From: the human T2T-CHM13v2.0 reference genome, Homo sapiens
Assembly (NCBI RefSeq): GCF_009914755.1
Contig: NC_060926.1
DNA length: 64,000 nucleotides
Strand: one strand, 5' to 3'
This document shows positions 25,370 to 39,868 of the stretch, piece by piece. Position 1 is the first letter of the stretch. Every line of letters begins with the position of its first letter. Position numbers and translations under genes: made by a program. The notes beneath the pieces are model-generated. The model saw nothing but the letters and a program-made list of their open reading frames with translations, did not search any database and was not told the origin of the DNA.

Positions 25370-27629
25370 GTGAGTCAACTTGAAATGTCAGCAGCCATAA
25401 GAACAAGTTGGAGAGGCAAAAATAGTTTCAGTTTCAGACAAGGCCCATGTATTAGAGATCCCTGAAAACCAACATAGATCTCAGTGGGACAATATCCTGA
25501 AGCCAACTTTCTCTACTTCAAGAGCAGTTAAGTGGACTTTAATTCATAATGTTACACAGCTATCCTCGTACTGCCCACAGGACACCGACAAATAATCTCC
25601 CTCTCCGGTGTCTCTACATAGGTGAGTGGCTAATGAAACATAGCATGTTCAAGGTAAGCCACCACATTTAATATGAACTTCCAGGATGACCATCCACAAA
25701 AATTTAATGCATGATAATGAGGGATGGCACAGTTTATGACCAGCCTTGTTAACGATATAGTTCACATCTCCACCCCTAAGAGGAAGACAAAAATCTGGAG
25801 GGGGAAGGGAGGTGACTAAGAGTTAAAACGTTAATGGCCTCTTCAGTTACACTGAGTGTCTGATTTTTATCTCTAAATACAGTATTTCACATCCTCAGCA
25901 AAATCAATAGGAATGTATTCAATAGGACAGGACTTTTCCATAAGGACTGAAAGCTACCAATATCAAGCCATTTTAACAGAGGGCAAGTCATATTATGGGA
26001 GAGGAAAGAGAACATTAGCAGAATTCAGTACAAAGGAGGTGATTGCTTGACTAGTGATTTCATGTTTCACTGTTGCTCACGCTCCATTTTAACTACTATC
26101 CCTGGTCTTACTGTGAGATGGGAGGAGCTAGCCATATGGATTTATGCTGGCAAAACTGTTGTTTCCACAGCAGATGGTAACAAAAAATCTTACACAACAT
26201 ACTTATGTGCTAAAAATCACTTAACGTAATTGTAGTTAGGTTAATCTGGCTTGAAATGCATAGTGTAATGTATGCAGCAAAGAGAACATTAAATGGTGAC
26301 AAGTGTAATTACTGATGTAGTCCCTTCCAGGCAGTCATGCTACAGTGCTCACTTGCAAAGGGCAAAGGCTAGTTTGGAAACAGCAAGGGAAGAACAGAAA
26401 GCCGTTGTTGCACGATGCTTTACTTCTGTGGAGTTTTCAATTGCTTATTTAAAAGGAGGTAAGAGATAACTAATCCTTTGCTTTTGTAAAATCTATGTAT
26501 GAACTGCTTTGCTCTCCATGAATGTGTACACACCTTGTTTCTGTGGTTGTCATCTTTGGAGTGTAAATTTTTAAAGCCAAAATAAACATTACATATTTAG
26601 GTACATTAATAATTATTATACTAAATAGTTATGGTCCCTTTTAAAGATTTCAGTGGATTCCCACTCTATCACAAAGGCATAAACCCTTTAAATCTTTGAA
26701 TCATTTAATTTTATGTATTCTTTTGGTATTCCATTTGGGAGTTATGGGGTGTGAAATATGCATCATGATGAGAAAACAATTAAACAGCACACCTGTTGTT
26801 TATGCATATTGTACTCAGGAAGGGCCTTCTGGAACCATTATTTAATTCCCCAGTATGGTGTCAACCAAGGGGCTATCAGAGGTGACCTGACAACACCAAA
26901 TTATACTTTTATTTGTATTATGTGACTTGTGCTTTGCCCTCCTGTTAGAATGATATTTACTTCTCAAGTCAAAATCATGTTTGTGACCCATAATAACAAT
27001 TAGTGAGACTTTCATGTTTAATAGAAAAATATTAGCTCACATTTGCTACAGAAGGAGTGAGTAGTGATAGAATTATAAGAGCAGCAGAGGCAGTCACCAT
27101 TTAATGAGTGCCTCCCATGCCTAGGTAAATCAAGCAGTTTATAGATAGATTAAGGAGAAAAATAGGACATCCTGGGTTTATTCACAATACAGGAGAAGAA
27201 ATGTTCTTTTTGCTACATTTTCATTAACAGACCATTGATAGTAGAAGTTCACTGTAAGTTTAACAAACCCTCTGCAAGCATCTGCAATGCGATGGGTGCT
27301 GGGCAAGGCATGAAAGACAAGGCGAGAGCAGAGGTGGGGGAAGAGAAAGTATTGGTACTTAGAGGCAAACTGACACTCTAGGTATCGACAGAGGCACTGA
27401 TACGTGAAAAGGGAAGAAAAGAGGCTGCTTTTCATGGGGAGCAGAAGACTGCATGGTGGTAAATGTCATGAGTGTCTGTCATTCAGATGGAGATGGAGTG
27501 TATAGATATAGTCATGGAAAAAATTACAACTGCAACACTTAAAATGACTGAGCATTTACTGTATGACAGGCCTGACCTCACTCCTTAGATGTGATATATA
27601 TTTTTTTAATTTAAAAAAGAGCATTATTT

Positions 27630-27924
27630 TTTTCTTGTGACAAAATATATGTACAACACAAAATTTACCATTTCCATCCCTTTTAAATGGATAATCCAGT
27701 GGCATTAAGCATCTTTTTATGTGTTTGTTGGCCATTTGTAGATCCTTTTTGGAGAAATGTCTATTCAAGTCTTTGCCCACTTTTAATTGTATTTTTTAGT
27801 TAAGAAATAATAATTGTACATATTCATGGGGTACATAGTGATGCTGTTACACATATAATGTACAGTGATCATATCAGGGTAATTAGCATATCCATCATCT
27901 CAAACATTTATCTTTCCTTATGTG
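27630..27924 (-). mobile_element. L1MB and L1MA 3' fragments nested in a MIR (MIR at ~27535-27600 and 27925-28080)
   Basis: aaatttaccattt..cagtggcattaag; gccatttgtagatcc..gagaaatgtctattcaagtc; aattgtacatattcatggggtacat..cagggtaattagcatatccatcatctcaaacattt; MIR core ttttacagatgaggaaa. Confidence 0.72.
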
Positions 27925-28499
27925 ATACTTTAATCCTCGCAACTTCCCTATGGGGTGGATAGCATTATTAGCCACATTTTACAGATGAGGAAATGGTAGT
28001 AGAGGGATAAAATACCTTGTCCAAGTTAAAAACCTAGACAGTCTGGCTCCAGAGTGTGTGTGCTTTTCATCTATGTGCTATAAAAAAATTACTCAACAAG
28101 ACATTGTTGTGATCACACTAAAAAGTTCATAGGATTCTCGGTCTGTGCTTTCTCATGGCCTTGATTTCCTTTATACTGATTCTTATTTTTGAATAAGGGC
28201 CTCTAAGATAGACAGGTTTAAATGTATTTCAGCTGAGTTGCTGAGATTTAATGGAGCTGCCACTTGGGTTTTTCAAAGCCCTTACAAGGCCAATGGTTGA
28301 CCCTATACCTGCTGGTAGTCCTTAGGGGAAGCAGTACGATATAATAGGTAAAACTTTGGCTTTGAAGTCAGATTGAAGCACAAACCCAAGCTGAGGTCAC
28401 ACCAGATGTGTGATCTTGTTTATTCATCTGTAAAAGAGAGAGATTATTTCCTTATTGTATTTTCATGAAAAATGGAGACACTTCAGGTAAGGTACTGCA

Positions 28500-28646
28500 G
28501 TAAGAACAGTCCTCGCCAGACTGAATCTGCTGGTGCCTTGATCTTGAACTGTCCAGCCTCTAGAACTGTGAGAAAATACAGTTCTATTGTTCATAAATGG
28601 TCCAATCTGTGCTATTTTGTTATAGCAACAGGAACAGACTAAGGCA
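28500..28646 (+). mobile_element. MLT1A/B-type LTR 3' part, inside a MIR
   Basis: gaatctgctggtgccttgatcttg..ccagcctctagaactgtgagaaaata..ttgttatagca..gactaag. Confidence 0.8.
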
Positions 28647-28647
28647 C

Positions 28648-29042
28648 TGATATGGTTTGGATTTGTGTCCCTGCCCAAACCTCATGTTGAAGTGTAATCC
28701 CTAGTGTTGGAGGAGGGGCCTGGTGGGAGGTGATTGGATCAAGGGGGTGGATTTTCCCCTTGCTGTTCTCATGATAGTGAGTAGTTACAGCGAGATCTGG
28801 TTGTTTAAAAATGTGTAGCACCTCCCCCTTCTCTCTCTTGCTCCTGCTCCAGCCATGTAGGACATGCCTGCTTCCCTTTTACCTTTTGCCATGATTGGAA
28901 GCTTCCTGAGGCCTCCCCAGAAACAGATGCCACTATACTTCCTGTACAGCCTGTGGAACTGTGAGCCAATTAAACCTCTTTTCTTTATAAATTACCCAGT
29001 CTCAGGTATTTCTTTATAGCAGTGCAAGAACAGACTAATACA
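28648..29042 (+). mobile_element. MSTA-like MaLR solo LTR
   Basis: tgatatggtttgg..gactaataca; perfect 5-bp TSD ggcac at 28643-47 and 29043-47. Confidence 0.93.
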
Positions 29043-29589
29043 GGCACTTAATGTAATGTGTGGACCACAAGGAGTGTACAACAAATAGTCTTTATTATCA
29101 TGGGTCACTTCAGAGTGCGTGTGCTTGGTCTAATCCCAGAAGGCAATTATCTCTCTCAAGCTTCCACAGGTAGCTCAGCACACAACACTGAGAAGCAGGT
29201 GTTTCCTGCTGGCATTTTCCTATCCAACCTTCCTCAGGAGTCCTGCCCTAGATGCCCAATACACCCATTGCCTTCCTAGAGCCCAAGCCTGAGGCCTGTG
29301 GAGGCTTGCTCTGGTTGTTAGTATCCTCTCACCTTGGTTTCCAGCAATATGGTGATGTCAGCTCAACTGTCGGCTAGGAGACTCAGCATCTTACAAAGAA
29401 AATGGGGATGGGAGACTGACATAACCAGTAACGGGAGAAAGGTGCTCATGAATATTCTTTTACAATAATAAAAACAACGACAATGTCAGCTCATCAGATG
29501 AAGAAAATGTCAGTCGTGTTGTATTTATTGAATATTAGTAATAATGAGTATAATACAATAAGTTTAAATATTTATTTAAGCATCAAAGT

Positions 29590-29790
29590 AAACAGCATGG
29601 CTTTTACAGTAAACTAAGGGTTGATTTATAGGCTTATTAAGTGTATGCTTTGTGGAAAGTTTGAAGCTCATTTCGTTATCTGTAAGATGGGAGCAGCAAC
29701 GCCTACCTTATGGAATGCTGGGGGAAATGAATGAGATGATTCCTAAAAAGCCCCACAGGAGATACTCAATAAGTGGTAGCTGTTGTTATT
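29590..29790 (+). mobile_element. MIR SINE
   Basis: tatctgtaagatgggag..cctacctta..aaatgaatgagatgat..ctcaataagtggtagctgttgttatt. Confidence 0.7.
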
Positions 29791-29798
29791 ATCTAGAA

Positions 29799-30015
29799 CA
29801 CGGATTTGCACACCACAACCTATGGACAAAATCCCTGCTTTTGTAAATATAATTTTATTGAAATACAGTCACACTCATTCATTTACATATTATCTACATG
29901 AGCTTTTGCCTACCACTGCAGAGTGAGCATGCCTGACAAGAGGCCTTACAGCCAGCTCTTTGCTAAAATATTTACTATATGACCCTTTACAGAAATAAAT
30001 GCTTCCCGACCCCTG
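29799..30015. mobile_element. MER58A-like hAT MITE
   Basis: tttgtaaata..ttttattgaaatacagtcacactcattcatttacatatt..ccctttacagaaa..ccgacccctg; flanks atctagaa / atctggaa. Confidence 0.85.
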
Positions 30016-30023
30016 ATCTGGAA

Positions 30024-30216
30024 TAGGGGTTCTCAAGCTGTAGCGTGCATCAGGATTACCTGGAGGGCTTGAAAAAGTCAGATTACTGGACACCTACACC
30101 CAGATGTTCTGAATCAGGAGGTGTAGGGTGGGCCCGAGAACTTGCATTTCTAAAAGGTTCCCAGGTGATGCTGCTGCTGTTGGTGGTGGTGCAGGGACCT
30201 CAGTTGAGAACCACTG
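30024..30216. mobile_element. MER5A hAT MITE
   Basis: ggttctcaa..gcatcaggattacctggagggcttg..ttgcatttctaa..ttcccaggtgatgctg..ttgagaaccactg. Confidence 0.88.
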
Positions 30217-31179
30217 ATTCTGAGAAACTTTTCAAATTTCTCTTTTCTATGACTTCAATAGGATACATACACATCATTAGGTTTGTTTGTGGCTGTTGAA
30301 ATACACATAAGAGGCATTTATTTACTCTGTCTGGTGCTCTGGTAAATTTTCAGGGCCTTTCCAGATTTCGTCTAGTGATGTTGACTTTCCCCCTCTTAGA
30401 TCCTGCCACAGTCTGAAACACAACTGATAAAACACAAGCTTTCTGCTCCTCTTACACAAACTTATTCTGGGTCCCATCTACCAACCGAAGCAGAGGAACA
30501 TTTCTAAAGTCTGGGCATTACTTTCTTTCTACTTCCTTTCTCCATCCTCTAAGGCCTTATTGAAAACAAATCATTCTCATGCTAGTCTTTCCAGCTCCTT
30601 TCCAATTTTCAAAAATTATTTTCAACAGGATACAGAGCAGTAAAAGTTATCCAAAAAGTTCTTGTAAATAGGACTCTCAATTATTTTAGTTTTTAATGTG
30701 GAGGGGGATGGGAGGGGGCTGGAGTAGTAAACTGGCTCACTGGTGTTTCTGGTGATTATGCTCAGAGTCTAAGGACAGACTGTTGCTTGCAACAGTCTAA
30801 GGACAGTCTGTTTCCCTCCTTGCAGTGCTGAGAGAAAGTCAGGAGGGTAAACAGTATCTCACTCCCGAAGAACAAAGGGCTGAGGTGGAATGGGAGCTCC
30901 GTGACCACCAGCAGAAGAGGTATTTTGGGCCTATAAGGCACTTCCCAAATCACACCACAGAGATAAGAGCACAGATGAGCCTGTTCTTCCCATCTATTGC
31001 ATACTTGCATATCCTGAATATTGCTTCCAGCAGAATGGTAAATAATGCATAGCTGCTTTCTCTCACTGGGAGTGACAAGGGTCCCTTCTGACCTATCACT
31101 TCCTGCAGTTGTTAAATGTTAGAACAACAAAAGGCAGTAATTTTCAAAAGAATATGACAAGGATCAGTAGCATTTCATG

Positions 31180-32770
31180 GTCTTTTAATTTTTAAAAACT
31201 ATACAATATGTGAAACTATTCTTATAATAAAATATCAGATAATGTAAAAGTGTATATAGTAAAAGTGGAAGTCTTTTTTACAATGCTTCCCTCCCCATCT
31301 CACCCCCCTTCAGTCCTGTTGTCTCCTGCCAGAAGTAACCATTGTTTATATTTGATGTGGATCCTTCCAGAACACTTCCAATGTATGCAAATTTGCTAAC
31401 ACATATTTAGGTTTTAAAAAACATAAATAAATGGCACAGTATGATGCACATTGTTCCGCAACTTCTTTTATGTAATAGAATATTTTGGGATTCTTTCTGT
31501 CAGTACACGGAGATCAGTTTTACTCACTTTTCCCACCGCATGGTGCTCCATCACACGGAAGAACCATTCTTGGCTTAACCTTTTCCCCACTAAACTTTAT
31601 TTTGGTTATTTCTGATTCTTTGTTGTTATGAACAATGGGGCAATAACCATTCTAAAACTTAAATATCTACTTGTGTACAAGCATTTCTGCAGAAGAGATA
31701 TCAAGAACTGGCATTTCTGGGGCTGATATGCATACTTAAATTTTTGTTATAAAGAGCCAAATTACCTTTCAACAAAAGTGTAGCACCCACTTATCACACT
31801 CTAAATACTGGATATCAATTTTTAAAATATTTGTCAACCAACAATGTTGTTTGATTGCTGTTTTATTTTTATTTCTCTGTTCATTGCAACTGTACTTGAA
31901 TGTTTATTGGATATCTGCTATTTTCTCTGTGAATTGCTTCTACATAGTTTTTGATCATTTTTCTTTTGGTTTGTTTGTCCTTATTGACTGGTAGGGGCTC
32001 TTTATATATTAATAGTATGGATATTAATATTGGAATTTTTCCCTCTCTGTTTCTTGTCTTTTAACTTTATTTACGATGTCTTTTGCAATAGGGTTTTTGT
32101 TTATTTGGTTAATTGGCTTGGTTTTGTATTTAAATATATCATTTTTTTCCTTTGTAGCTTCTGGATTTTGTATCTTGCTTAGGAATACCTTACCTACCAA
32201 AAAATTATAAACATACTCTGATATTTTATATGTAATATATTAATCCATCAGGGAATTTACTTGTGCTTATCTTGTTACAGCTATAATGAATTTTTTAGAA
32301 ATACATTGATGAATCCCTATTGTTTCATCTATTGATTTAAAATAATATCTCTATCATAAACAAAACTCCCATTTAAACATTGTGAAGATACTTTCCTTCT
32401 TTCATTTATTGTTCTACTATTGAGCCATATCATACTGTGTTGGTTGTAGCTTTATAATTTGTTTTGAAATTTGGTAGGCAAGTCCCCCTTCATGCTTTCT
32501 TTTGCAAAAATTTTCTTCCAGTTCTTGTCAAAATCTGTAAAATAGCATGATGGGATTTTGATTTAATATTTTTAATTTTTGGAATATTATCTTTAAATTA
32601 TTGAGTCTTCCCATGCATGGACATTGTATCATTCTATAGTAAAGCTCTCAAGTAGATTTGTTAATAGGCATTTCATAGAGTGCTTGTTACTATTAATGTC
32701 TTTCACTAATTACATTTTCTAATTAATCATTGCTGGCATGTAGAAATGCTGTGGTTTGGTTTTATATATG
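31180..32770 (-). mobile_element. Old L1M (L1ME/MC-like) fragments
   Basis: Very T-rich, with diverged antisense L1 3' UTR/ORF2 motifs (agaagtaaccattgtt, gggattttgatt, ttgagtcttcccatgcatgga). Confidence 0.6.
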
Positions 32771-34596
32771 TTTTGCATGTATATATGGGGTACAAGTGCA
32801 ACTTTGTTACATGGATAGATTGCATAATGGTCCCATTAGAGCTTTTAAGGTATTCATCAGCCAAATAATGTACCTTGTACCCATTAATTAATTTCTCATC
32901 ATCCACCCCCCAGCCACACCCCATCCAAGTCTCTACTGTCTATAATTCCATTCTCTACAACCATGTGTACATATATTTTAACACCCACTTATGAGTGACA
33001 ATGTGTGATTTGACTTTCTGTGTCTGGCTTGCTTCACTTAAGAAAATGACCTCCAGTTCCATTCCTGTTGCTGGAGAAGACATGATTTCATTCTTTTTTA
33101 TGTCTGAACAGTGTTACATTATGTATATATACCACATTTCTTTATCCAATAATCTGTTGTTGGACACTTAGGTTGATTACTTATCTTTGCTATTGTGAAC
33201 AGTGCTGTGATAAACATATGAGTGCAGGTTTCTTTTTTGTATACGGATTTATTTTCCTTTGGGTAGATAGCCAGTAGTGGGATTGCTGGATCAAATGATA
33301 GCTTTATGGTAGCTTTATTTTTAGTTTTTAGAGTGATCTCCATTCTATTTTCCATAAAGGTTGCACTAATTTACATTCTCACCAACAGTATACAAGCATT
33401 CCTTTTTCTCTGCATCCTTCACAACATCCATTCTTTTGCCTTATTAATAATAGTAACTAGGGTAAGATGATATCTCATTGTAGTTTTAATTTGCACTTCT
33501 CTGATGATGTGTGATGTTTAGCTTTTTTCATATACCTGTTGGTCATTTGTATGCCCTCTTTTGAAAAATGTCTATTCATGTCCTTTACCCCATTTTTAAT
33601 GGGATTATTTCATTGTTGTTGCTGAATTGTTTGAGTTTCTTGTATATTCGGGATGTTAGTCCCTTGTCAGATCAATAGTTTGCAAATGTATTCTCCCATT
33701 CTGCAGGTTCTGTTCACTCTGTCGATTATTTCATTTGCTGTGCAGAAGCTTTTTAGCTTTATATGGTTTCTTTGTCTATTTTTTGTTGTTGTTGCCTGTG
33801 CTTTTGAAGTCTTATCCATAAAAATCTTTGCCTAGATCAGTGTCCTGAAATGTTTCCCCTATGTTTTCTTCTAGTAGTTTTGGGTCTTATGTTTAAGACT
33901 TTAATCCATCCTGAGTTGATTTTTGTACATGGTGAGCGATGTGGCTTCAGCTTAATTCTTCTGCAAATGGCAATCCAATTTTCCCAGAATCATTTATTCA
34001 AAAGAGTGTTCTTTATCCAATGCATGCTCTTGTCAGCTTTGTCAAAGATCTGTTGGCTGTAAATAATGTGTGTTTATTTCTGAGTTCTCTATTCTGTTCC
34101 ATTGAACAGAATATTTTAATACCAATACCATGCCATTTTGATTACTATAGGCTTGTAATATAATTTGAAGTCAGGTAATGTGATGCTTCCAGCTTTGTTC
34201 TTTTTGCTTAGGATTACTTTGACTATTTGGGGTCTTTTTTCATTCCATATGAATGTTAGGAATGTTTCTCTAATTCTGCGAAACAGTGACATTGGCATTT
34301 TGATAGGGATTGCATTGAATCTCTAGATTAGGGTAGTATGGTTATTTTAATGATATTAATTCTGCTTATCCCTGAGAATTAGATGATTTTCTACTTGTTT
34401 GTGTCATTTTCAATTTCTTTCATCAATGTTTGATTTTGGATATTGCTTTTATATCCTGAAACTTTACTGAATTCATTTAACAAATCTAAGAGCTTTTTGT
34501 AGAGTCTTTTTGTTTTTCTAGGTATAAGATCATATCATCAACAAACAGAGATAATTTGACTTCCTTTTTTTCCAATTTTGTTGCCCTTTATTTCAT

Positions 34597-35180
<584 letters not shown>

Positions 35181-36299
35181 GAATGTCTTTTGTTTCTTTC
35201 TCTTGTCTAATTGCTCTGGTTAGGACTTCCAGTACTATGTTGAATAGGAGTTATGAAAGTGGGTATCTTTGTCTCATTCCAGTTCTTAGAGAAAACGCTT
35301 TTAACTTTCCCCTGTTCAGTAGGATGCTGGCTGTGTGTTTGTTGTATATGGCCTTTATTATGTTGAGGTATGTTCCTTTAATGCCTACTTTGTTGAGGGT
35401 TTTTATCATAAAGAAATGCTGAATTTTATCCATTTTTTTTCTGCATCTATTGAGATGACCATATGTTTTTTGTCCTTAACTCTGTGTATGTGATATATCA
35501 CATTTATTGGTATGTGTATGTTGAACCATCCTTGCATCCCTGGTATAAAACCTATTTAATTGTGGTATATCATCCCTTTGATGTGCTGTTGGATTCTGTT
35601 TGCTTGTATTTTGTTGAGGATTTTTGCATCTATATTCATCAGGAATGTTGGTCTATAGTTCTCTCTTTTTTTGTTGTTGTCTTCTCGTCTGGTTTTGGTA
35701 TCAGGATGATACAAGCCTCATAGAATGAGTTAGAATTCAGCCGCTTTGTTTAGGGGTTGATCTTTGCCCTCTCAGCGTCTTCTGTGATCCCTGGTTGGCT
35801 AAGGTTTCCTGCCTTCTCCTGAGATGATTTTTGTCTTTTATCTTCCTTAGAACACTAAGCATTCAATTTCATTAGTATAAAGCTTTCGCCATTTGTAATT
35901 CACACCATTTTGTAATTTCTAATGTCATTTATCTGAATTTTTACTTTTTTTTTTTCCTTTACATCAGGCTTGTTCAATTTGCTTTCTTTGTTGGGGAGGT
36001 GTGTTGATTTTTTTCACTTTCCTGCCTTTAATGAACTAACTTTTCTTTTTTCCAGTTTTCATTCAAATTTTACCCATCATAGCACTATTCTCAATTTTCC
36101 TCCAAATCTTTTACTGCCAGTTAATTTTATGTCAATTAATTTTATTTTATCCAAGTAAAATATATAAAATTTTAAAAGTTAGATATGACTAAGCAGCTTG
36201 AAACAAAAAATAGAAGTGTCTCACCCACCCTTCTCTACCTTGGGGGCCTACCTTCTACCCCCAGGCTTCTCCCTGATACTTGGCTCCAACTTTTGAAAT

Positions 36300-36502
36300 A
36301 ATAATCATAGCTAAGGCTTGCAAAGTGATTACTGCATATTAGGTACTCTTCTAAAAATATACTTGGATTATTTCATTCTTGCTATCCTGTTTTATTGATG
36401 GGACAACTGAGGTATAGAAATATTGTGAAACTTCCTCAAGGTCACATAGCAAGTGAGTAGCAGAACCAGGATTTAAATCTAGGTAGTTGTACTCTTAACC
36501 AT
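36300..36502 (-). mobile_element. MIR SINE
   Basis: gatgggacaactgaggtatagaaa..caaggtcacatagc..gcagaaccaggatttaaatctagg..ctcttaacca. Confidence 0.75.
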
Positions 36503-36940
36503 TTTTACAATTTTCTGCTGCTCAAAAATGCTCTTGTAACATGTTTCACTGTTATTTCTTGATTTATCAATTGCAGACATCTTCCACTGACTTCCCAACA
36601 TGGTAAATACAGACTAAGCTCTCCCATCACATGCCTTTATTTCTTGTTTCCCTTTCCTAACTTTAACACAGTAATTTATAATTCATTGATGTTTAAACTC
36701 ATAGCAACTACAGCATTATCATGACCACTGATTGCACGGCTGACTAAATGGCGCACTCCATGACCTCTTTCATGAACAATCTCTTATTTTCCTAGGAGTA
36801 TTTTTTTTTTGTTTGTTATTGTTATTGGTGTTTTTTTTTTCTGAAAATGTGATTTTTTTCCTTGAAAACCTGTATGTTTCCCTCAACTCTCCAACTGCTC
36901 ATCAGTAACACGTTCCATATTCTCAGATATAAAGTTTATT

Positions 36941-37133
36941 ATTTTATTTTCCATAAGTTATTGGGGTACAGGTGGTATTTGGTTACGTAAGTTCTTTAGC
37001 GGTGATTTGTGAGATCCTGGTGCACCCATCACCCAAGCAGTATACACTGCACCATATATATTGTCTTTTATTCTTCACTCCCCTACTACTCTTCCCCCCA
37101 AGTCCCCAAAGTCCATTGTATCATTCTTATGCC
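36941..37133 (-). mobile_element. Short 5'-truncated L1PB1 3' end with TSD
   Basis: ccataagttattggggtacaggtggtatttggttac..; TSD tataaagtttatt (36928-40) / tataaagcttatt (37138-50). Confidence 0.9.
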
Positions 37134-37149
37134 ATACTATAAAGCTTAT

Positions 37150-38736
37150 TTTCCACCCCCTAGAGCCTTGCCTGGGCTATTGCTCTTAAGGCTGCTGTAC
37201 AGCTGTTTATTTTGTTCATGAGACTGCCTAGTCATCATTCTGAGTCTTATTTTGCTGCTTTCTTGTATCAAATCCTGTATTAGGCCAAATACGTCTTCCC
37301 ACTCCGTTTCTTAAAGCACACTCTGTGGTAGCTTCCTAAGAAAAGGGACATGGGTGATTCTTTTGTTGGTTATGAGTGCTTGTAAGCTGGAACATATCTT
37401 TAGTCTATCCCCATGCTTAATTAACATTTGGTTGGTCGTAGTAGGTTGAGCATTTCATTCCACTGTGATCGTGACAGTGATGCTACTGAGAAATCAGACA
37501 TCGTTCAGTTTGTAGTTCCTATTTCATGACCTGTAATTGTCCCTGGCTGTCCTGTAGCTGTCCCCACCCTTGGGTAGCTTCTCTTTCCCCCATGTGTTCT
37601 AAAGCTTCATAATATACCTGCTGTGGATGTGTCCTCAGGGGCTCACAGGCTTTTTCAACCTGAATGCTTCCTTGCTTGGAAATTGTCTTACTTATTTCGC
37701 AATTATCTTCCCTCTATTTTTTTCCTATTGTTTCTTTCTGGTATTACTATTATTCTTATGGCTACACTGATCCTTTAATTTCTTTAGTTTTGAACTCAAA
37801 TTTTTTATCTCTAAACTTTTTTAACTTACTGGGAAATTACCTATACTTTACCTTCCAGCCCTTCTACTGCGTCTTTTTCATTGTGGTTATCATATTTTTA
37901 ATTCCTAAGAACTCTAAAGTTTTCTCTGATCTCTTTGTATAGTACAATTTTTTTTTTGCATTTTTCTTATGTTTTTTCAATTTTCTTCTGTTCACTGAGT
38001 TGTTTCAGATGACCTCTGGGTTCCTTTTCTCCATTTGTTGGTTTTGATGTCTTCCTTTTTAAAATTTATCCTCAAGTGTCTGGTAACTTTTGACTATCCA
38101 TTAACACAGGAGAATGCATTTCAAAAAACTGATGATTAGAAGGCCTCCGTGCATGGACAGGGCTTGTTCCTGGCTGGACTTCATTGAGAGTGTGGGGAGC
38201 TGACTTCCCACTGGGGAGACCTCCAAATGCCAGGAACTGGAGGCTGTTTAGCTCCTGCTGAGACGAGTGATCCAATCCCCACAGGCTGAGAGCAGGGTGG
38301 TGTACATCTGGGTGGTGGTGTTCTGGCAGCTGGACAGAAGAGGTGGAGGTGGGGAGGGGCCCCCTACAGGGCAGCATGAATACTTAAGCTTAACTCCCTC
38401 TTGTGATCCCTGTTACTCTGGCCTTCAGCTGTACTGGCATCTCTGAGCATGGAGCCCTCCTCTTTCAACTTATTCACAAGTCAAACCCTTTGTTTCTTTG
38501 TATACTGCTGTGAGTAGTGGAAGAAGTGAATCTACATGGTCATAGACTTTCCACCCTCCTGCTCTCTCCGTGGCACCTGAGGTCTCCCAGTGGAACCCCT
38601 CATGGGTTCTACAGGGAGATTTCCTTCCCTTTGCTATTTGCTCAATGCCAATACTTAGGTTGTAGCTTCTTCTGTTTAATTAATTCAGTTCCCACTACTC
38701 CATCTGCTCCCCCTCTTCTAAAAACTTAATGAAATC
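37150..38736 (-). mobile_element. HAL1-like element (probably also ~36520-36930 and ~39055-39120)
   Basis: Resembles recalled HAL1 motifs (aaaaactgat..gtgcatgg..gggcttgt..ctggggagacctccaaatgccag; gtagcttcctaagaaaaggg); diverged. Confidence 0.55.
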
Positions 38737-38738
38737 GG

Positions 38739-39052
<314 letters not shown>

Positions 39053-39868
39053 ATCACTCATCTGCTTTTGCTTTTTCTCCTGTACTGTTTCTCTCTTGTG
39101 GGCTAATTAGCTTTTATTTCTATGGCACAAAGTCCCGGAAGTGGGGTTGCTGTGGGAAGAGAGTAAGTACTTTTAATTTGAATAGCTATTGCCAGCTGCC
39201 ATTTCAAAAAGTCTAACATTTACATATATGGGAGTACCCTCTCCTTGGTATCCGTAACAGTAATAAGCATTATTTCTCTCCTTGATTATTGCTAATATAA
39301 TTAAGGAGATATTTAGTTGTTACATAAACTTGCCTTTTCCTGAATACTAGTGACATGGAGAACCTTTTGACATGTTTGTGGGCCATTTGGATTTGCACTT
39401 CTATCAACTGCCTTCTCATATATTTGTTCCATTTTCTAGCGCCTTACATGTCTTTTTCTTGTCCATTTGTAAGAGCTCTTTGTATATTATAGATGTTTGT
39501 CCTCTTAATTCAAATACTGCCCCGTAAAATCTATTGTTTGTCTACTGCTTATGTTAGGATTTTCAAAAATCATACAAAGTTTTAATTTTTATAGAATCAA
39601 ATAAGTTCACCTTTCTTTTATAGCTTCTGGATTTTATTTGATTTTATGTATGGTCTCTCATATTATTTTGTAATATCTACTATTTCTTCTACATTAAAAT
39701 CTTATATATATCTACATTTGTTTTTCATGTGGTACAAGATAACCAGTTATACCTGTTTTCTGTATATGTATTTTTTCCAGGTAGATAGCTAGTAGTATAA
39801 GTACCGTTGACTCTTGGTGTCAACAACGTGAGGGTTAGGAGTTTTTAGCAGTCAAAAATGTGCAAATG

